This document shows positions 46,979 through 59,754 of a DNA stretch of 64,000 bases, one piece after another. Positions within the stretch are counted from its first letter, which is position 1, and every line of letters starts with the position of its first letter. Source of the DNA: Phoronis australis (taxonomy: Eukaryota > Animalia > Phoronida); contig NMRA01000048.1 in NCBI GenBank assembly GCA_002633005.1, forward strand, positions 562,303-626,302, read 5' to 3'. The notes under the pieces were generated by a model, which was not told the DNA's origin, made no database searches, and was given only the letters and a program-made list of their open reading frames with translations. Position numbers and translations under genes: made by a program.

Positions 46979-47845
46979 NNNNNNNNNNNNNNNNNNNNNN
47001 NNNNNNNNNNNNNNNNNNNNNNNNNNNNNNNNNNNNNNNNNNNNNNNNNNNNNNNNNNNNNNNNNNNNNNNNNNNNNNNNNNNNNNNNNNNNNNNNNNNN
47101 NNNNNNNNNNNNNNNNNNNNNNNNNNNNNNNNNNNNNNNNNNNNNNNNNNNNNNNNNNNNNNNNNNNNNNNNNNNNNNNNNNNNNNNNNNNNNNNNNNNN
47201 NNNNNNNNNNNNNNNNNNNNNNNNNNNNNNNNNNNNNNNNNNNNNNNNNNNNNNNNNNNNNNNNNNNNNNNNNNNNNNNNNNNNNNNNNNNNNNNNNNNN
47301 NNNNNNNNNNNNNNNNNNNNNNNNNNNNNNNNNNNNNNNNNNNNNNNNNNNNNNNNNNNNNNNNNNNNNNNNNNNNNNNNNNNNNNNNNNNNNNNNNNNN
47401 NNNNNNNNNNNNNNNNNNNNNNNNNNNNNNNNNNNNNNNNNNNNNNNNNNNNNNNNNNNNNNNNNNNNNNNNNNNNNNNNNNNNNNNNNNNNNNNNNNNN
47501 NNNNNNNNNNNNNNNNNNNNNNNNNNNNNNNNNNNNNNNNNNNNNNNNNNNNNNNNNNNNNNNNNNNNNNNNNNNNNNNNNNNNNNNNNNNNNNNNNNNN
47601 NNNNNNNNNNNNNNNNNNNNNNNNNNNNNNNNNNNNNNNNNNNNNNNNNNNNNNNNNNNNNNNNNNNNNNNNNNNNNNNNNNNNNNNNNNNNNNNNNNNN
47701 NNNNNNNNNNNNNNNNNNNNNNNNNNNNNNNNNNNNNNNNNNNNNNNNNNNNNNNNNNNNNNNNNNNNNNNNNNNNNNNNNNNNNNNNNNNNNNNNNNNN
47801 NNNNNNNNNNNNNNNNNNNNNNNNNNNNNNNNNNNNNNNNNNNNN
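46979..47845. other. Assembly gap
   Basis: Run of N. Confidence 1.
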
Positions 47846-48589
47846 GTCATTATAAAATGGCTGCCGAAAAGCAATGCACATTTGAACAACTCGGCTTAAG
47901 TAAAAGAAAACGTTTGAATCAACAAATACTATATATTTGTGAGAGTTAAATCAAGTCCTATTCAGATCATAACTTTGAAGTGGAATAATTGGGTGAGTAA
48001 GACAACAAGCCGGTTTTATGCTTAGGCGGACGACTATAGGGTTTCGGAGTGTAAATGACAAATTTGCGCGATCTTAGTGGTTTCTCTTGAAAACAAAACG
48101 AAAAAAATAAAACGCTTGCAGTGGACTAACATGCTGTTTTTAAGATACATTTGAAAAAAGCCACTCACTCACTGTTTACAAGTCCGGGTGTTCGTTTTAC
48201 GTTCGTAAGCAGACGAACGCTGGAAGTTTCAACGCTAGATGTCGCGGGACCGCGCAGAAGAGGAATAATATCAGAGACCGTTAGCGTCTTTGATAATATC
48301 GTTCACGACTTCAGGGCATTCACGACTTTAGGACCTCCGACGTTACTATCTTGGCAAAACCTCATCAAAAACTTTCAACTTCAAAGGCAATCTAAAAGTT
48401 TTTTGATGTGTACAAGACATTTATTGGTTAAAACTGCATCTCCTAAGCCATGTGTTTGTCATTCATTTTGGCAATGCACGAATAAGGTCAATGGGTCATA
48501 GGTCAAAGGCAAGGTGAGTTTATACTGAACGGATGTTAGACTGCCAGGACGAATCGGATTTTCTGAACAGGCAAGACCCAAGGAGCAGC

Positions 48590-51500
48590 ATGTCATCTGC
48601 ACTCAAAGTTGTTATGTTTCTGGGTAGTGTTAGAGAAGGACGATTTGCCGACAGAGTTGGGAAATTTGTACGCGGTTATTTGGAAAAAACCGGGCATTCA
48701 GTAGATGTTTTAGGTACTGTGATAGTAGTGGTAGAGACCACAGGCGTCCTCAGCTTCTGATCGTCCCCAATACACTACATATAATGTAGTGTATTGGGGA
48801 CGATCAGAAAGAAGCTGAGGACGCCTGTGGTAGAGACTAGAGTTTTGTTTGACAGGGTTTTTGCCTGACCATCCATGCCCTCCATGGGCATGACATGATA
48901 GGGCATGGTCTGATCGCAGGCAATCACAACCACAGGCACTCACCTGCGTTATTTACTATGTCATAGCGGCCTATGAGCGGCTGATTAAACTGAGGTGCCT
49001 GTGGGTGTGCCGTGGTAACAACAGCAGTCCATAAGGCATTACTCGATCAATTGCATGGCCTAGTGAACTGAAGTGACCCTTGAGTTTGAGTGTTAGACAG
49101 TGACCCCGGTCTCTAGCTGGCGCTTCATACGCTTGAAACTTTTTGGGGACTTACACCTCACACCGACTAAAAGATCATAGTCATTGTTATAAATATCTTA
49201 TGCGCATAGAGGGACACCTTAAATTAGGCTTAGGAGGCCGTCGATGTCTTTAATTCCTTCCAACTCGAGCAAATACTTCCGTAATAAAACTTTTTCTTCG
49301 AGCAGTCCCTCTTTCAGTTTCCAAAATCGGTAGCTGGCCATTTTTACACTGGGCATACCAGGGGATATCACTTCATACCACAGCCGCATGCAGTGTTAAA
49401 AATACAGTTACCGATTTTAGGAACTGAACGAAGGACTGCTCAAAGATAAAGTTTGATAAGTGTGAAAAGTTTGAAGTATGAAACACCTATGGGAGTTACA
49501 CCGTCTTTACTGAGCCAGCTAGAGACTGTGGTCACTGTCTACTTGAGTGTGTGATCTAAAGTTTCATCTTAAAGACAATTAGTGCCATCAACCTGCAACT
49601 AATAATGGAACTAGACAGCTTTTGAACTTGTGAATTGGCCGTAGAAGTTTTGCTAAAATTTACTACTTAGTAATTTACTTATGAATTCAGTAACTGAGAG
49701 TTCCTTAATTCTTCGCCTTTGCAGGGATATTTGCATTGTTGTAGGCATAATCAACAGAGTCATGACTAAGCAAAATCACCATGCAAGCCCAACATCCAAT
49801 GGCATAACTTTTTTGCTGATTCATCTGTGGCTAGGTTGAAATCAATCGTGCAGATATCATAATTTTGCTGAATCACTATATGTCAATTGATTCAATACTA
49901 GTGATTACGATAGTGGAGATGCTTCCGTTTTGGGATATATAAAGATGTTATTTGTATCACATAATAAAATTGGCTGTAGGAAGCTAGGGGGACCAATGTT
50001 TTATAAGAAGGTTTGTGAGAGTCATACAATGACAATGTTGGAATGAGCTGTTTCTCTTTTTCATTTTTAATGATGTTTAGCCTTTCTTATTAAGGGGTCG
50101 TCCCCTTTCAGATGGAGACCTCTCTCGGAGGGGCCCTGGGCAGCCCTTGGCTATTGCCCCTTTGCTCCTCTATAAATGTGCCGCTGTCAACTATTCATGA
50201 GGGAAGATGAGATTCCAAATTTATGGCAAAAATTGTGCTAAGCACAGCAGTATAAAGACATTTGGCCCAAACAAAGAGGTTGTAGACTCATCAAAAGGAT
50301 GAAACCGTTTGTAGGAAATGAAGATCACCATTTGTTAATTGCACAAAAGGAATGTTTCCTATGGTTTTATAACGATACCTTTTTCCATAAGAATATTTCT
50401 TTTAAAGATCATTACTTGAAGTTGTTAGCAAGAAACTTGCACGTCGTACATAATGTCGGGGTATTATTTTTGTGACTGTGTACATCAAGTACACTTGTCG
50501 AAGGGATTAAAGTACTCAAAGTACTATACATGTATATATACTGACAATCGGGGTCCAAAAATTTCAGTGATATTTGGAGTTCAAGTTTAACCCATAGTAG
50601 CTACTTCTGAAATGAATCAAAAAACATATTGACCCGAATAAATTCGTAAAATTTCTTGTGGGGTCCCCAAACCCATTGGGATGCCCAGTGTCTGGTTGCC
50701 TGTCTAGAATCTGCGAGAATGCCTTCAGGAATTGCTAACAGTCAATTTTGATAAACAATGAATTGGTTGGATTCTGATTTACATATTTGTGCATCTACGA
50801 AAATCAACTGATTCATAGACGTTTTTTGACATTTAGAAGCTAATCTTGTACGAATGTGTCGTGTATTCAATGAACTTAGGGTAGTTGCAGATGGAATTTG
50901 GGAAGTTCTAGAGTCAGACTAGACAATTTTTGCCAAATGTGAGAGCAGTTCTACAGTGTCCCAAAATGTACTCACAATTCAAATGACAATAAATGGATTA
51001 GTAGTAAAGGTTCTCAGGCAAAAACAGAAGTATTTCTTACCCATTTAGCTTTCGTCCACCATGGGTGTAGGACTTCGTCCGAATGATACGGACATCCTAT
51101 GCAGATGACACATATGCAGACAGCACCCGATCATAGATATGTGGCAACTCAATGCCAAGGTTCCTGTTTATAGCGGGGTTACCACGCTTGAACTTGATAG
51201 CTTCCCTGATTTTTCTGGGAATATCTGTTGTCAATGTCAATAATATTCAGACTCCCTGTAAATCTCATAGTCAAAACTGTGAGCATGCTTCGATATGGCA
51301 TAGTGGTTACGTAAAATGCTCATCACACAATCATAGGGCCATGGGTATTCCTCGTTTTTGACAACCTATTGTCCCCAATACCCGTAGTTAATGTCTCTTC
51401 TCTGTTCTGTGCAGATTGCAATTGAGATGAATGTTCTGAACTGAATGATGGAGAATAATTAGGGAGCCGTGAGGTACTAAATCTGGAAGCCTGTGGGCAT

Positions 51501-54500
51501 TTGTATTCACATGTACTTTTAGATTTTTAAGTTTAAACTGCTAATTAAGTAAGCACTATATAAACACTGGCATTCGTAGCTTCTCTATTGAACTTAAGGT
51601 TCCAAAGTGCTCTAACCTGATTGACATTTTAGTATTTACAGTTAGTGGGATGTTAACACCTGGCATGAACAAAATTGCTCAGATAGTTTATATGAAGACA
51701 ACTTGCAAAATAGCTTTTAAAGCTTCATTATGGTAAAATCTCCAGTTATGGATAAAAACATTTGCCTAAATTGCCTTGTCTTCATTTTTCAATGGGTCCT
51801 GTCCACACACAGACTTGCCCTAGAACAACTTGCATTTGCCTATTGCACTTAAGCAGAGCGTCCAAACATACATATGATAATTAGCTCAAGGCAGTCGCTC
51901 TGTCCATGGTTTACCTTCACAAAAATGACAGGAAAGAAGACAATGTTAGTAACTGCGCAAGTGTGCAGTTAATATTTACTTCTGCCGTGCGCCAGATTTG
52001 CAGCCACACAGAGATTAGAAGTGGCCCAAGTTACCCTGGAACAAGTTACCCTACCTCACTAAGGTGGAGTTGGTTGTCACAAGTGAAAAGAGTTGCACTA
52101 GTTTGTTTAGTGTCTAAACAGCTCCTAAACGTACCAACGGCTGGTTTCATGAGTAACTTCGTACTAGGGAGTCTGTGTGTGGATAGTACTTAACGTTGTA
52201 TGAATACTACAACTCACCAATTTTTTTAACATTGTCTGGTATTTTACAGAACTTGAACCTGGGAAAGCAGTAATTTGAAGGTACTGTTTATGGAAAAATG
52301 AGAAAATATAATTTGATTTGTCCGCCATAATGTGAGATTTTACCGTGTTTGGTTTCCATTGTTCACTGCAACCGGTTTATACTATGAATTAATACAGACA
52401 CATTGTGCTTTCATTCTAGATCCCAAGGAACTTAAATTTCCATTATTGGAAAAAGCCCTTCACCATTACAAGGACCAATCTCAAGCACCAGAACTATTAC
52501 GCACATGTGGTGACAAGATAAAGAATGCCGACGCCTTCGTAATTGTCACCTGCGAATACAACCATGGTGTACCACCTGCTCTAGCGAATCTCCTTGACTA
52601 CTTCGGGTCAAGCATGTATTCTTATAAGCCAAGTGGGATAGTTTGTTACTCAGCTGGTAAGTGAACAGTTCTTAACTTAATTTTGTTAGTTAGTTTGGAT
52701 GCTGATATTATTTTGCAGACACCTCACACCTAATTGCCATTTTGATTTCAAGAGTCTGACAAAAGTCATATGTTACTTTTAGTTGATGCATGGTGCCAAT
52801 TTTAGACTTTTACGTTTTCCTCTGTATCTTTGGAGTTCCTTGAGGGATTTTCATGAAATTTGGCAGATAGGTTTTTAATAAAGAGGTAATGATGCCATTC
52901 CGTTTTCAGGTGGACTTTATGCCACTTTGTAGCCATTTTTATTATTTTTGCGTCCGTTTTCTGGCGTACATCTTCCTATCATCCATAAGACTCAAAGGAT
53001 CGTTATGAAAATTTCCAGATATGTTCCTGATGGACAGGTCACGAATGACGTTGACTTTCGGACGAGTTTAACTACTGTGTCACCCCTAGTGGTGATTTTG
53101 TTTTGTTTTTTGCGTCAGCAGCCGAATCTCCTCAACCCTTTGAAGGAGCTTTGAATTAGAAAACTGTATTCCTATGGAGCCGACGACAAATGGTTACCAG
53201 TATCGAACTGATCCAAATACCACTGTGCCCCCTAGTGGCAACAATTTTGCCTCAGTTCATTAATGTATCTTTAAAAATTTGGGAAATAGGTTTCTATTAA
53301 GGAGACGACAACACCTTCCCATTTGCGGATAGATTTGATATTTTGACTCTGTGCCACCTGGTGGCCATTTTTGCGTCCGTTTTCTGGCATTCGCCTTCCT
53401 CTCTGCTATACTGCTTTAAAGGATCAGTATGAAAATTTTCAGGTGTGTTCCGTATGAGAAGACCACGTCTGACGTTTGACTACGAATTTTTCTATGTGGC
53501 CCTGAAGTGGTGATTTTGTTTTTGTGTCTGAAGCTGAATCGCCTTCACCCTTTTTAGAAGCTTTGCGAAATTTGAAAGATGTGTTCCTGTGGAGCCAACG
53601 ACAAGTGTTAACAAGTGCTGAATTGGTCCAAATACCACTGTGCCCTGTAGTTGCAAAATGTTTTTTTTAAGTTTGCCTCTGTATCCTCGGAGTTCAATGT
53701 ATGTTTAGAAATTTGGCAAATAGGTCCAATTAAGGAGAAGACAGCACCTCACCATTTTTGAAAAGTTGTTATTTTCTGCGTCCTCTATAGCCATTTAAAA
53801 AATTTACGCATGCTTTTGACATCTGCCTCTGTATCTGCCAAACCACACAAAGGATCATTAGGAAAATTGACGGTTGTGTTTCTGATCTGAACACCCAGAC
53901 TGATCTTGATTTTCGGAGTCCGACGTTTTTGACTATTCTGGCGATCCCTAGCGACAAGTTTGCTTTTTAGTGTCTATGGCTGTTTCTCCTGAACGATTTA
54001 AAGGATCTTTGTGAAATTTGGCAGATGGGTTCCCACATTTCAACAGATGACGATAAGTTTCAGAAGAATCATACTATAACTAATGCCTCCTGGTGTCAAT
54101 TGTTTTTTCTGTTTGCTTCTTAATCTAAGGAGTTCCTTGGTTTGTTTTCATGAAATAGTTTTGTATTACAGAAACGGTGCCACCTTCTCAATTCAGATGG
54201 GTTTGATGCATTCTGTGCCTTCTAATGGCGATTTTTGTGATATCAAAAATACCCACAGAAGCACACTGTTTGTGATGCCGTCGTGGGTGCATTTCAACAC
54301 TCCGCATTGCTCTTGTTATAAAATGGCAATATACACAGACCGCAGTGTACACTAGACCGAAGGTTCAAACAGCACTGCATGCTGTCACTATGGATAAGAC
54401 TTGATGCTTTTGTATCTTCAAACTATAGATTTTAACTGAGTAAAAGAAAAAATATTTTTTGTAAGCAGAAAGCCTGTAGAATTTGAATTTTACCTTTCAC

Positions 54501-55027
54501 CAATCTGTCATTGATGATTCAGTCGCATGACCATGTCTATTTAGTAAAATCTATCAAAAAAGAGAGGTCCGTTGATAGCAAAACAATGGTAGCAATAACA
54601 CGATTGGACAAAATTCCTTCTTTAAAAATGTTCAGAATGAAATTTCAAAGGTGCTGTTACAATGTTCTAACTTGTTTTGTTTTCGTCTTGTGCAAGTCCT
54701 ATTTTTGATAGCCCCTCATGCAAAAAACGAAACATTTTATGAACAATTCAAAAACTCTTGAATGAACTGATTTTTATTTTCAATGCACTTTCAGGGCAGT
54801 ATGGCGGAATGAGGGCAGCGATGCCTCTGAGAGCCATGTTGGGTGAACTGGGATGTATCAGTGTGTCCAACATATTTGGCATACCCGTCGTGTACGAAGC
54901 TCTGAATGAGAATGGGGAGCCATTGAATGAACACATGGAGAAGGGGGCCAAAAGGATGATCACCCAGTTGGACTGGATGGCGCATGCCATGAAGAATCAC
55001 CGAGCGGCGCACGGTGTGCCACAGTAG
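48590..55027 (+). CDS. NAD(P)H-dependent FMN/quinone reductase (FMN_red family), copy 2, join(48590..48713,52420..52656,54795..55027), 197 aa; in-frame upstream ATG at 48533
   Basis: Same exon structure and motifs as copy 1 (GSVREGR, TCEYNHGVPPALANLLD, GQYGGMRA); stop TAG at 55025-55027. Confidence 0.93.
48726..48839. mobile_element. Short palindromic MITE-like insertion
   Basis: 44-nt arm ACCACAGGCGTCCTCAGCTTCTGATCGTCCCCAATACACTACAT, 3-nt loop, and a complementary arm with a 4-nt insertion. Confidence 0.75.
49094..49541. mobile_element. MITE with 28-bp TIRs and 9-bp TSD (Mutator-like TSD length)
   Basis: TAGACAGTGACCCCGGTCTCTAGCTGGC ... GCCAGCTAGAGACTGTGGTCACTGTCTA; flanks TTTGAGTGT / CTTGAGTGT. 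Confidence 0.8.
49762..49903. promoter_or_regulatory. Cluster of three ARE-like motifs in reductase copy 2 intron 1
   Basis: ATGACTAAGCAAAA (49762), TTTTTGCTGATTCAT (to 49824), AATTTTGCTGAATCAC (to 49876). Confidence 0.55.
51040..51390 (-). mobile_element. Old Penelope-like element remnant (GIY-YIG C-terminus + minimal hammerhead motif)
   Basis: Minus strand reads KIREAIKFKRGNPAINRNLGIELPHIYDRVL, followed by CATT-CGGACGA-A-GTCC..GGAC-GAAA-GCTA-AATG. Confidence 0.7.
52790..54317 (+). mobile_element. Helentron/HINE-like element with ~145-bp sub-repeats (same family as 9845-10760)
   Basis: Repeated AAATTTGG(C/G)A(G/A)ATAGGT and GTGCCCCCTAGTGGC-like motifs; 3' end GCACACTGTTTG..TGCATTTCAACACTCCGCATTGCTCTTGTT. 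Confidence 0.6.
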
Positions 55028-58000
55028 TTCATTAACATATTTGTTGTCATGGAGTTTAAAAGTTTCTTATTACTTGGGCTACCTTACTGCATCAATGAAC
55101 AGTTAGTTGTTCCTAGAATGGTTGCAGAACTGTTGTATAGTTGCTATTGGTGGTTTACCCTAGGTCAGTCATATTTTAGTCACATGAAAACGGATTCATT
55201 TTTGCTATGACTGAAATGTGACTAGAGATTACCCATAATACATTTGTAGGTTTAGTCACATTTTAGTCACTTCATGTGAATAATCAGGACATACTAAAGC
55301 GTTAGTCAATGACTGAATGGCCAGACATTCTAGTCATGACTAGAGTTTCATTGACCTTAGTTTAGGATATACTAGTATTATTGACTAGAGTTTGAGACTG
55401 TTTAGTCATTGACTGGAGCTATTAGTAAGTCCCAAATTTGCAAATGAAGCGACTAGAGCTCTAGTCACTGACTAATAATTTAGTCATGACTAGAGGTGAA
55501 GGCTATTTTGTCTTGACTAGAGTTTTAGTGACAACTTGTTTCCATGCAATGTATGTGATATTGAAGCACCAGCTGACACATCTGTGATCAGTTGTTATAT
55601 ATTACAAACAATGTCTACAATACTGTGTAATATATGAAAAGAATCATTCAATACAATACAGAAACGTATGAAAATTTTCCTCAAATATTTGTTGACGAAC
55701 ATAATCAAGGATTTCTTCGATTTTCTGAAGTACAAGATTAACTCCGAAACTGTAATGAGTGGAAGTTGCATAAGAATTCATGTTAATACCAGTGGAGATT
55801 GGCGAACCAGAGAAAAAGCTCAGTCTAAGAAAAAGGCTCATTAAAGCTAGTTCCGTAACTGACTGCATATAATAACCATATATAGGAATATCCCAATGTT
55901 TGCGTCAAAAAAATATGAAGTCCAAGCCCGAGGCATTCAAATCAAATATACTTCAACTTAGAACTCCTAAACCTTAACTCTCCTGTAAATATTAGATAAG
56001 TGTTAATAAATTCTTCGTAACATTGTGACTCAATATATGATTAAAATTGCAATGCTGTGGACAGTCATGCTTTCCTTCAAACTTAGTCAAGGTCAACATG
56101 TCTCACTTGAGGTTGGGAATTAAGGCGATCTAAAATGATACTGACCTAATTCAGCACACAAGTAGTTTCTGTACAAAAACACGATGTAATGTTTCCCACC
56201 TTTTATGAGAATCCTGATATTTAGTGATAACCTTATGAGTTCAGTAACAGTTACACCTTGTGAAGGCAAAGATACATTAGTCAGGATTTAGTCTCTCCCA
56301 TAAATCCAGAGACATATTAGTTACACCCATATATTATCTTTATGGAATTATGTCTATCACATATTCTAAGACATTCTTGTCACATTCTAGCCATAACTAA
56401 TTACTTTGTCACATTCTAGTCATGACTAATTATTTAGTCACAGATTAGGCGCATATTAGTCATGACTAAGCTGGGGTAAAGTTTGATTTCTTGACACTAT
56501 TATTGCATTTCAGTGTTGAATAGTTTGCCTCAATCAGCTACTGTTTTAATGAGAAGAAAATGAACAGATAAGTGTTTGTAATTTAGACTAAATATCGATG
56601 AACAAAAATCCCTTGAAGTGTGGTGACTACACGGTAATTTTGGTAGCCAACAGTTTCCTTCACTCATGAAGTGTAAATACTGGTAGTTATTTACAGTTTC
56701 CATCATTCATGGTGAGTGGTGATACAATGGCATGCTTGAGGGATTACATTTCTACTTTGTGGTGACATAAGATGATGCGAAGTCAAGTTCAAGGTTCACT
56801 TGACTTAAGTAGACATTTAAATGATCAAATATTTTTCTTTTGAAACTAAATTGTTGCAAAGATCATTGGAATGGAAAGTAATGAAAATCCACTCAAAGCA
56901 TTAACTTAGTTACAAAATAGCTCCAATACGAGTATCAACTGTTGTGATGGGACAATGAATATTATTGTTAGGTATGATCAGAAAAACTTGTGCGACTATT
57001 ACTTATAATGCTTCAAAGAACTTGAGCTAGTTTGTGATTGGGTGTGAAATAATCTGACACATTTTGCATATTTTGGCACTGTGTCTAAATGTACACCAAA
57101 GAATATGTGTACCTTGAAATCTTGAAATTTCAGCAACTTACTTCCTGCATAAGAAATCTGATTACTCTTCTGGATTGTGCTTCAATTTGTAGTGCTATTT
57201 TGTGATAATCTCTTGTTAGCTTTATTTGGCTGTTGGCATAAAATGTTAAAATAATTTTTGGTGATAATAAAATTTGAAAATGAAGGCATGCTTGTAGACA
57301 AGGGGTGTTTGACGGGTGGAAAAGTGGCACTCCCGCCAGCAGCCGAGGTTTTCTGAAGAAACTGACCTCTGAGCAGTTTTGGTCAGTCTCGTCTGGTCCA
57401 ATTTTATTATTGATTCTGACTTATCACGCTTGAATGACAGTGGCATATCAAGCAAGGTTCCATCAAAGAAGTGAACTTTTGATTTAAACCACTCACTGCC
57501 ATAAAGTGGTTTTTAAGACGGACAAGACCATTTGGCAGCTAATAAAGGTAATTTCCTCCTATCTAAAATTCTGCAATATTTTCATGAGGAAAAGTGCACA
57601 AGTCTTAATGAAAAACTCTACATGAATCTTTTTCTGACAACTTAAATTGATTCGACTTTTAAAGGTGTAAAGCAGGATGTGCATCACAAAAGTGCTTTTT
57701 GTACGTGCAATATCTGCCGGCACTGCATGCTCTTAGCTGCAGATGTCATTCACAAAGAATTGCATCAATCCCTGAATTGGCTGTACAAAATTCTTGTTGA
57801 TATCTTTATAATTGCCAAGCAGTCATTTGCAGAAAAAGTGAACACCACACTCACATTTAACTCAAAGCCTGTTTCAGCTGGTATTATGTCACAAAACTAT
57901 TCGGAAGGCAGCATCTATTCAATGGAAATGTGCCAGGCAGCTATTGGATTGGTGTAACAAAGTTTGTCTTTAAAGTAATGCACAATTTCCCAAACTATAT

Positions 58001-59710
58001 TTTTTGAAAGTTTAACCTTGGAGTATAGCTTTAAGTTGAAAAGACCATCTTTAATTATCATAAAACGTAAAGCCACCCATCTGTTAAAAGCTTATTTAAA
58101 TGGTTCCTCCCCATCCAAGAAACAAACTGAACTTCTATTAGGCATTGAATTGGACCCCAGTCCCACACTGCACAGGCAGGGACAGTCCTGCACTGTGCAC
58201 TAGTATAACACAGTACTGCACTGTGCATGTGCACTAGTACAACAAAGTATTGACCACTGCCCGCTTCTTCACTAATCACAGATGCACAGCAGAAGGCACT
58301 GCCCAAGTAGGTATAATTTATGTCACTGGCCCCCGTATTAGTTATGCACCACACTGAAATGATCCGCACAATCCTCTGTATAAGTTCACTTCAGAAGGAG
58401 GCGATGACAGTTTTTGCCTTGTGCAGTACTCTGATCCCAAGTTTTCTCAATAGAACAAGGCAATAAACAGCAGTGTAGATCAGTAACCACAGGAATGATA
58501 TCTGGGATATCTTGCATACGTAAAACCTGTAAGTATGGGTGTATAGACAGATAAATGAAGCACTTGTGCAAGGAAGTACCGTATTGTAAATACCTTTATT
58601 TATCACAAATACCATCTGTACTAATGTGAAATTCCTATTTTAGACAATCAAAACTTATCACTCACTTTATAAAAAGACAAGTTTATATTTTTTACTAATA
58701 GCTAATTGATTACAGACACATAACCAACTTCAATATTGTATGTTCCACGTAGCCAAAAAACCCTCAACTCTGTGCTGTACAGACGCTATTGACTGCTGCC
58801 TGCATTCGTCATCATGCTGGCAATGGTGTAAGTTTGAACATTTTTCATTGCAAGAGATGGATCACATTTATAGCTTATAATTGTTTTAACATATAATTTT
58901 AAGCAAAGGTGATGATAGTAATTAGATCAGTGATATATTACGTTAAACTTTCTCCAGATTGAGACAGACTTCTGAATTCAGAACACAGTAATCATTGCTG
59001 AAATTTAATTTTTTTCACTGATCCTCAAATTTGAGGCATGAATGATTTTTATATTCCTAACGCTGTGTTGTAGCATAGCAAGAATACTCTTGTAAGTTCA
59101 CAAAAAGTGACTCTCATGACAAACATTTAAAAAATTACCAATCCCCTTGAATTTCTGACAGACAATTGTATGAATTTCTAAAAATTGGGACAAGGTCTGA
59201 CTTTGATCAAAATAACTATTCACTGTCCCAAACTAGTGAATTTTTGCATAATTTTCAAATTCGGTGTGTAGTTAACTGTAAACCTGATGGATGACTGTTC
59301 TTGTTGAAAAGGTGATCTGGTTTAAGAAAAGAGGTTGTAAAAGTGATGACAATTTTTTTGTTTAGTTTTTGATCTTAAGTGATGGTGTGGTAGTTTACAC
59401 CAGCTTTACTATATATCGGTAAAAATATCAGTGACGAAAGGTAGAAATCAGAAGTGACAACAGATATCAATAGTCCAATTTAAAGTCATATGATCCGTTT
59501 GTAGACGTTTTAAAAACATCGTGAATCTGCATAAAAACCATTGAAACATACTCTCTGACACTTAATTAGAACTTTTCGTAAGTATGGGGTCAATCTGTTG
59601 CCTGTACATATTTTTTCTTTTATTTTTTATTTTCTTAAAATCTGCGTGATCAAAACAAACGAATGTTGCCCATAATGCTGTGCGGTTTGACCTTTCGGCA
59701 ACTAATCAGC

Positions 59711-59754
59711 TGTTTCCGGTACTGCTCCGAAGAAGAGAAGTTCGCCTTAACCAG
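59711..59754 (+). promoter_or_regulatory. Putative TYW3 promoter / non-coding first exon
   Basis: ETS core TTCCGG (59714-59719) followed by a CAG|GTAATT donor, ~0.9 kb upstream of the TYW3 coding exon, which has an upstream TAG acceptor. Confidence 0.4.

Noticed and set aside
46910-47949. 300+ aa ORFs
   Set aside because: Artefacts of reading through the N gap.
57100-57950. Possible ancient LINE RT remnant on the minus strand (ANDCL.., QSRRVIRF)
   Set aside because: Highly degenerate; only two vague motifs.
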